Assembly: GCA_030590945.1 (NCBI GenBank)
Contig: JAUVBY010000002.1
Coordinates: 354-64,353, forward strand
Length of the DNA: 64,000 bases
Reading direction: 5' to 3'
From: Gammaproteobacteria bacterium
Lineage (GTDB): Bacteria; Pseudomonadota; Gammaproteobacteria; Arenicellales; Poriferihabitantaceae
Both the position numbers and the translations under genes were made by a program. The first letter of the stretch is position 1; every line of letters begins with the position of its first letter. Of this stretch, positions 58,570 through 64,000 are shown one piece after another. Below the pieces are notes generated by a model. It did no database searches. It was not told the DNA's origin and worked only from the letters and a program-made list of their open reading frames with translations.

Positions 58570-60696
58570 TCAACATTTAAATTGAGTCCGTAAACGCGCA
58601 ATTCCCTTTTCCGGGCAAGCTTTTTCCAGTATTTGTCTCGTATTCTGCCTGAGTTGGCGTACGCACGCATTTTGCCCCTCGAAGCCCGGCGCCTGGCTGC
58701 ACTCTGACCATGGTTGGTGCTGTAGTAGACGTTTGATAAATATTAAGTGCGTATTGTTTTCCGGCGTGCATTCTGACGCGATATGCCGTAAGCAATACCG
58801 GGCGATTTTGTTCAGTGCAGCAAGGCTGCTACCAAAAGGGCGTTGGGCATAGGCAAATAATACCGCAGCTTTAAGTTCGTCCTGAGTGAGTTCAGGCTGT
58901 GCTGTTTCATCACGGGCCAGCAGGCAGGCCAGGTCCGCCGGGAATCCTGCCAGGCTCTCAGCTAGTTGGTTTACAAACTGAGTGCTGAAAAAATTAAGTG
59001 CCTGGTGGGCAAGTGTATGCGCGGCGTCGGAGAGGGGCTTAAATATCAGCACCGAATGTAAACCACTTGCTGCTTGTGGTTTGTCGCTTATACGGATGGC
59101 ATTAAAGCCAGCTCGTTGCCAGAACGAGCATAAAGGCAGATCTGCCCCGAAACTGCTGGCGAGGTAGTCGCTCTCTTTCTCCAGATACGACTCGATTTGA
59201 GCAAGCATCCAGCTGCCGACGCCCTGTCCCTGTAAATACGGGTTAACGGCGATACGCTGGATTCGTGCACAGCGCAGTATTGCGGCTTGTTCCAGCCCCA
59301 GATGCGCGGCGAGAATTTGAGGTGCCAGGTGCCCCTGAGGTCGACGATTTCCGGTGACTATTTCACGGGCGATGTCGGAATCAAGCCCGCCTTCGAGCAT
59401 TAGCCAGATCAGGCCAATTATTTTATTCTCGCGCTTTGCTACAAACAGCCTGGAATTGGGCGCATCAAGCAGGTATCGGCAATCAGCAGGGCGGGTTTGA
59501 TAGTGCGCGTTAACCAATAGTCCGATGACTTCGCCGAGCAGTGCCTCATCTTCGGCGAGTAATGATTGCGCGATTTCACAGAATGTCAGTTCATTAAGCC
59601 GAAGCTGTGGCGGAATATCGTGCTCAGACGGATTGTTGTCAAGCAACAGCAGCTGATTTGTCCAGTATTCCAGCGGGTCGTTTTGCGCCCATCTAACCGG
59701 CGTTTCCAGGTTGACAGGATACTGGCCCCGGCAGTGAGTCTGTACCAATTGTCGGAACTTGAGCGAAAATCCCCGGCCACTGCCTTCATAACCTTGCTCG
59801 GTACCGCAAAATGCGATGCGCGGATAGTGCAACAGCAATGCCTCAAGCCGTGCAACACCCAAGGTAGACGCCTCATCAACAATAAGCAGATCGCATTCGC
59901 GTGGTTCGGTGATCAGGGCATCTGCGGCCACATAGCTGAGTTTTCCATGCGCATGCTCCAGGCGCTTACCACGGTTGGTGAGCCTGGCTTTCGGCAAAAC
60001 AGCGAGGGCATGTTTAAATACGCTATCGACCTGACCCGGGCTGCTTGCAGTAAGCAGGATATTTTTCACCTGTCGGGTATCCAGTAACTGACCTGCTGCT
60101 AATCCCAGCGCAGCTGATTTTCCTCGTCCACGATTCGCGCTGATGATCGCCGGTCTGCGTCGCTGACCTTGTACCACGCGAATAACGTTTTCGATCGCCT
60201 GTTGCTGATCCGGACTACAGGCTTGCGAAGGCGGGTAGTCCGGCGTGCAGGGAATAAGCCCGGGAATGCCATTCCGGGTTTCGGGGGAGAAACATTCAAT
60301 GCCTTCAAACGAACTGATTAGCCTCGCCCAGCGTCTAAGGTAAAAACCGTGAACCGTGCTCGCTTGTCCGGGGTAGGGAACCAGTTTAGCGTATTCAGGG
60401 TCCGGGTAATCCGGCCAGCTTTCCAGGGTCGGGCAAATCACCAGTAGCGCGCCGCCTGCCTGAACAAGGCCGCTGACGCGCCCGAACACGTCCGGATTGA
60501 AGCCGAGGTAGGCGTCAATTACTACCAGTGCACGCTCCTGGCCTAATATTCCAAACGCTTTGTCTCCAGCCTCAAGCCACAGGCATTGCGCCCTGCGTAG
60601 CCCGCTATTTCTTATGAGGGCAGAGGCGGTTTGCTTACCCTGATCCCGGGGGCCGGTAAGGAATATGAGTCTGCGGGGCGTCAGCTTATTGGGCAT
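58570..60696 (-). CDS. tmcA: tRNA(Met) cytidine acetyltransferase
   Basis: Helicase-like P-loop ANRGRGKSAALG, LLIVDEAS, GTEQGYEGSGRGF, and a C-terminal GNAT domain (RIQRIAVNPYLQGQGVGS). 708 aa. Confidence 0.9.
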   Translation of the reverse strand: MPNKLTPRRLIFLTGPRDQGKQTASALIRNSGLRRAQCLWLEAGDKAFGILGQERALVVIDAYLGFNPDVFGRVSGLVQAGGALLVICPTLESWPDYPDPEYAKLVPYPGQASTVHGFYLRRWARLISSFEGIECFSPETRNGIPGLIPCTPDYPPSQACSPDQQQAIENVIRVVQGQRRRPAIISANRGRGKSAALGLAAGQLLDTRQVKNILLTASSPGQVDSVFKHALAVLPKARLTNRGKRLEHAHGKLSYVAADALITEPRECDLLIVDEASTLGVARLEALLLHYPRIAFCGTEQGYEGSGRGFSLKFRQLVQTHCRGQYPVNLETPVRWAQNDPLEYWTNQLLLLDNNPSEHDIPPQLRLNELTFCEIAQSLLAEDEALLGEVIGLLVNAHYQTRPADCRYLLDAPNSRLFVAKRENKIIGLIWLMLEGGLDSDIAREIVTGNRRPQGHLAPQILAAHLGLEQAAILRCARIQRIAVNPYLQGQGVGSWMLAQIESYLEKESDYLASSFGADLPLCSFWQRAGFNAIRISDKPQAASGLHSVLIFKPLSDAAHTLAHQALNFFSTQFVNQLAESLAGFPADLACLLARDETAQPELTQDELKAAVLFAYAQRPFGSSLAALNKIARYCLRHIASECTPENNTHLIFIKRLLQHQPWSECSQAPGFEGQNACVRQLRQNTRQILEKACPEKGIARLRTQFKC

Positions 60697-60724
60697 GTGT
60701 TAATAGATTTTCTACAGTACAATC

Positions 60725-61636
60725 GTGGCTCAGGATTTTACCGCAACCATGACCATGAGTGATCCCTTTGATTTTAAGCCAAAACCGTTACAGTTTACGG
60801 TGATTGGCAATCCGATTGAACACAGCCTGTCGCCTCAGATTCACCAGCAGTTTTCGCAACAGAGTAATATTAAGCTCGAATATACCAAAACACTGGGTGA
60901 ACCCGGGGGATTCAATCAGGCGGTGCAGCACTTTATGGCCAGCGGTGGCAAAGGTTTGAATGTGACGGTGCCGTTTAAACTCGAAGCGTATGCTTTATGC
61001 GATCAGCCAAGTGAGCGCGCGCGCCTGGCGGGCGCGGTTAATACGCTCTGGTTTGACGCGGGTGAAATATATGGCGATGTGACCGATGGGATTGGTTTGG
61101 TGCGTGATATTGAACGCAACCATGGCGTGTCAATCAAAGACCGGCGGGTGCTGATTATCGGGGCCGGTGGTGCGGTTCGTGGGGTATTACAAGCCTTGTT
61201 GGATGCGGGCCCGCAGGAACTGATTGTTTGCAACCGAACTCATGGCAAAGCGCTGGACCTGGCCGAACTGTTCGTTTCGCACGGCCCGATCCGTGCGGTA
61301 GAAATGAAATTACTCCCGGAGGAATCCTTTGATATTGTGATCAACGGAACCGCCGCCAGTTTAGGCAATGCGCTGCCTGCGGTGCCTGCAGATGTATTTC
61401 ATGAATTGAATTTTGTTTATGACATGATGTACGCGCAGCAGCCAACCATATTCATGAAGTGGGCCTTAAATCAGGGAGCCAAAAAAGCGGTAGACGGCCT
61501 GGGAATGCTGGTCGAGCAGGCGGCTGCCGGGTTTGAAATCTGGCACGGCGTAAAGGTACAGGCCGCGCCGGTGATTGCCGCGCTGCGCCAGAACTACTGT
61601 TCACATACGGACGGTAGTTCGTCTGCGGGGAAATGA
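60725..61636 (+). CDS. aroE: shikimate dehydrogenase
   Basis: VIGNPIEHSLSPQIH, NVTVPFK, GAGGAVRG motifs. GTG 60725 is the ORF start. ATG 60749 and ATG 60755 are equally plausible. Confidence 0.9.
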   Translation: MAQDFTATMTMSDPFDFKPKPLQFTVIGNPIEHSLSPQIHQQFSQQSNIKLEYTKTLGEPGGFNQAVQHFMASGGKGLNVTVPFKLEAYALCDQPSERARLAGAVNTLWFDAGEIYGDVTDGIGLVRDIERNHGVSIKDRRVLIIGAGGAVRGVLQALLDAGPQELIVCNRTHGKALDLAELFVSHGPIRAVEMKLLPEESFDIVINGTAASLGNALPAVPADVFHELNFVYDMMYAQQPTIFMKWALNQGAKKAVDGLGMLVEQAAAGFEIWHGVKVQAAPVIAALRQNYCSHTDGSSSAGK

Positions 61637-61712
61637 TGTTTATTTCGGACCGTAGTGCGCTTTCGCAGGAATGATATATATTCTGGACACTATCAGAATG
61701 TGTCCTTAAGCC

Positions 61713-62984
61713 TTATTCTTTTTTCGGGAATAATTCGGCGCGTGTTTCAGTATGAACTTTCCAGCCGAGCGCCTTATAGTTGGCGGTAGCCAGGTCGCTC
61801 AGGGTTCCAAGCAACCATAATTCGGTGGCGTCAGATAGGGCTTCATCGACTGCGACCGCCTCAGCGACCCGTTTGCTCCACAGCATATGGTCAGCCGGCA
61901 GAATGACTACCAGGGTTCCGTCCTTGCGTACACCCTGGGTGATTCTAGCCAGGGGCGTAATAGTTTTGAGTGGTGAAATATTTTTATTATACGACGCAGT
62001 CATGACCGCAATTTGAGTGATCAATGACGCGGTTGAGTGATCGGAAGACTGTAGGGCAACTTTGATAAAAAGTTCGAGGTTTTCCACGTCTTTCATTGAA
62101 TCCAGCGCAGTGACCAGTACCGTAGATAGCGCAGGAGAAAAAGAAGGGTTATTGAGAAAGAGTTCCACCGTATCCTCGTTCATGCCCTGTGCAAGAAGCT
62201 TGTTCTTATTCTGCAGCCATAATTCAGATGCTGGCGTGGTATTGATCGCTTCATTCAGTAGTCGTGCGGTGCCTGAGGCGCTCAAGACCAGCCCACCTAC
62301 GCCCGGCACGAAGCTTGTTGCCACACCAACACCCAGGCCTCCCAGGAAATCAGCCTGACCCAGTCGATCCAGTTCGCCTTGCAGTACTGCATTTCGGGAA
62401 TAGACATTTACCCCATATTGGCTGGCAATCTTCCCTTTCGATTTAGAAATCCCAATCAGTTGCTTGAGTGAATTGTCTTCTGCATCACTGGATTTACGAT
62501 GGCCGACGGTTTCTTTCGCCCGGTGAAACAGGCCGCTAACACCCGCCATGGCGCCCGCTACTGTTTTCTCCGGGTCGTTAATCAGTTGTTTAATTCCTTC
62601 CACAGTATTGGCGCTGGATTGTTTCAATGCGTCCATCGCGGCATCATCGGTATCAATCTGTTTCATATCGGCAATGGCATTAATTTCATTCAGTAAAATA
62701 ATCAACGCATTGGTTGAGCTGGCCTTAAAGGTGCCAGAGTTGGATTTGACCGTATAATGATTGAATAGCCCGTCATTTTTAACCGTTTCCTGAACGATGA
62801 AATTCTCAGTTTTGATTTGCCCGGGTTTGAGGGTAGAGTTGGCTGACAGGGTTACCGCTTGCTCAAATGCGGCCTGTGCGGGCAGGGCAAAAGCAAGCAG
62901 GAATGTAGAAACCAGTATGTGGCGGGGCAGGATGTGTGTACGATATCCAGCATGTTTATTGCATAAAGGAGCAAATTTAGACAT
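61713..62984 (-). CDS. exported hypothetical protein
   Basis: 423-aa ORF with signal peptide ...FALPAQA and a Gly-rich segment GGLGVGVATSFVPGVGGLV. No recognisable catalytic motif. Lies 87 nt downstream of pbpC on the same strand. Confidence 0.6.
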   Translation of the reverse strand: MSKFAPLCNKHAGYRTHILPRHILVSTFLLAFALPAQAAFEQAVTLSANSTLKPGQIKTENFIVQETVKNDGLFNHYTVKSNSGTFKASSTNALIILLNEINAIADMKQIDTDDAAMDALKQSSANTVEGIKQLINDPEKTVAGAMAGVSGLFHRAKETVGHRKSSDAEDNSLKQLIGISKSKGKIASQYGVNVYSRNAVLQGELDRLGQADFLGGLGVGVATSFVPGVGGLVLSASGTARLLNEAINTTPASELWLQNKNKLLAQGMNEDTVELFLNNPSFSPALSTVLVTALDSMKDVENLELFIKVALQSSDHSTASLITQIAVMTASYNKNISPLKTITPLARITQGVRKDGTLVVILPADHMLWSKRVAEAVAVDEALSDATELWLLGTLSDLATANYKALGWKVHTETRAELFPKKE

Positions 62985-63071
62985 AGCGAAGGCCTGAGAA
63001 TTTAGAAAAACAAAAGGAAATTTGACCGTAAACGGTGTGTTGCTGCACTGATCGTTATTACGCGTGCTATT

Positions 63072-64000
63072 TTACCATTTCTCTACCGTAAAATTAATCT
63101 TGTCTGACGCTCCGCTTGCGTTGATCGCCAGCAATTCATGGCCGCCAGCCTGCAAGCGAACTTCGCTGCTGATGGCCGGGCTGGTGGTAAGCAGTTTCTT
63201 TCCGTCCAGGTACCAGATGTTTTCACCCACCGCGCCGAGCGTGGTCAGTGGTAAGGAAAAAATTTCTGAGGAGTTCAGGTTTCGAATATGCGCCCCATTT
63301 TTGATCGACAGTATGGCGAATTCAGAATTAATGGCTGATGGCTGTTTGTGGCATCGCGGATCGATCTGCGGAATCACTGTTTTTCGGGACCATTTTTGAT
63401 TGAGCCACGGCTCTGTAGCCAATGGCCATAGACTAAGTTGCTTCTGCTCGCTGATAAGGCCACAACCTGGATCAACTCTGAGCCCGGTGTCCTGCGCGAC
63501 CTGTAAGGTTGTCTGGTGGCCCGCCCAGGGGCCATTTGCAGATGCAGCCACGGTGGCGGGAAATTGTCCGTCGATTCCTAACGCTACTTTTTGTGCATGG
63601 CAAAACTCCGGGTCACTGTCAATGCGCCTTAAACCGGATGGCCAACAGATGATTTCCCGGCTGATTTTGTCCGGTTTTTCGGGAGGTTGCGTATCACCCA
63701 GCCAGTCGTTGATCTGAAATAGTAGTGGTAAAGCGGTAATAGCGCCATATTGTCCGGGAGAGGGGGTGCCATCGGGCCGGCCGACCCAGACTCCAATGGT
63801 GTACTTTCCCGAGACGCCAAATGCCCAGGCATCCCGATACCCGTAGGATGTGCCCGTTTTGAAGGCCAGCGAATTTGTTTCATCACTCTGTTCACGCTCA
63901 GATGCCCGCTCATCATGTTCCTCATTTGCCAGCATTGAATGAATGATCCAGGCGGATTGCGGGGATAATAAAGGCCTCTGCTCCAGGGCCTGTCGCGTGG
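63072..64000 (-). CDS. pbpC: penicillin-binding protein 1C, C-terminal part (5' end outside window)
   Basis: KTGTSYGYRDAWAFG (KTG box), followed by the PBP1C-specific C-terminal domain. The frame stays open past the listed Met to nt 64000 (...LLSPQSAWIIHSMLANE). Confidence 0.88.
   Translation of the reverse strand, partial: TRQALEQRPLLSPQSAWIIHSMLANEEHDERASEREQSDETNSLAFKTGTSYGYRDAWAFGVSGKYTIGVWVGRPDGTPSPGQYGAITALPLLFQINDWLGDTQPPEKPDKISREIICWPSGLRRIDSDPEFCHAQKVALGIDGQFPATVAASANGPWAGHQTTLQVAQDTGLRVDPGCGLISEQKQLSLWPLATEPWLNQKWSRKTVIPQIDPRCHKQPSAINSEFAILSIKNGAHIRNLNSSEIFSLPLTTLGAVGENIWYLDGKKLLTTSPAISSEVRLQAGGHELLAINASGASDKINFTVEKW

Overview
Gene-dense chromosomal window with about 60 CDS. No rRNA, tRNA, CRISPR array, IS element or prophage was recognised. 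Gene content and synteny are gammaproteobacterial: rsmG-parA-parB-atpIBEFHAGDC, plsY/folB-folK, cca and rppH. A Tat-exported SoxB points to a sulfur-oxidising lifestyle.

Main blocks:
(i) 1-5.4 kb: c-type cytochrome genes on both strands. These include a multihaem protein with at least 9 haem sites (cut by the window edge), a dihaem cytochrome c, a NapC/NirT tetrahaem protein and a monohaem cytochrome c, plus a HupE/UreJ-like membrane protein.
(ii) 5.6-10.7 kb: a membrane one-component regulator (periplasmic PhnD/TtrS-like domain fused to a LuxR HTH), an orphan ModA-like binding protein and a solitary soxB.
(iii) 10.8-23.4 kb: housekeeping genes and several periplasmic thiol-redox proteins.
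(iv) 23.5-32.4 kb: parAB and a complete F1Fo ATP synthase operon.
(v) 32.6-37.3 kb: a cysteine-less DsrC/TusE homologue, a hydrolase, a GlcD-like flavoenzyme, cysG and a Sel1 protein.
(vi) 37.5-47.2 kb: cobalamin uptake and late-assembly cluster (cobO, B12 riboswitch, btuB, btuFCD, cbiB, cobQ, cobU, cobT).
(vii) 47.3-64 kb: moeB, coxG-like, ybdK, an ABC-F protein, two anion transporters, an OmpR/His-kinase pair, tmcA, aroE, an unknown exported protein and the 3' part of pbpC.

Three families of small intergenic repeats recur through the window: a REP palindrome, a ~165-180 bp MITE-like palindromic element, and a ~65-80 bp inverted-repeat element.

The least explained candidates are the quinol-linked multihaem module, with an FNR-type box in front of it, and the adjacent TtrS-like/LuxR one-component sensor. 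All functional calls come from reading motifs in the translations. No database search was run.
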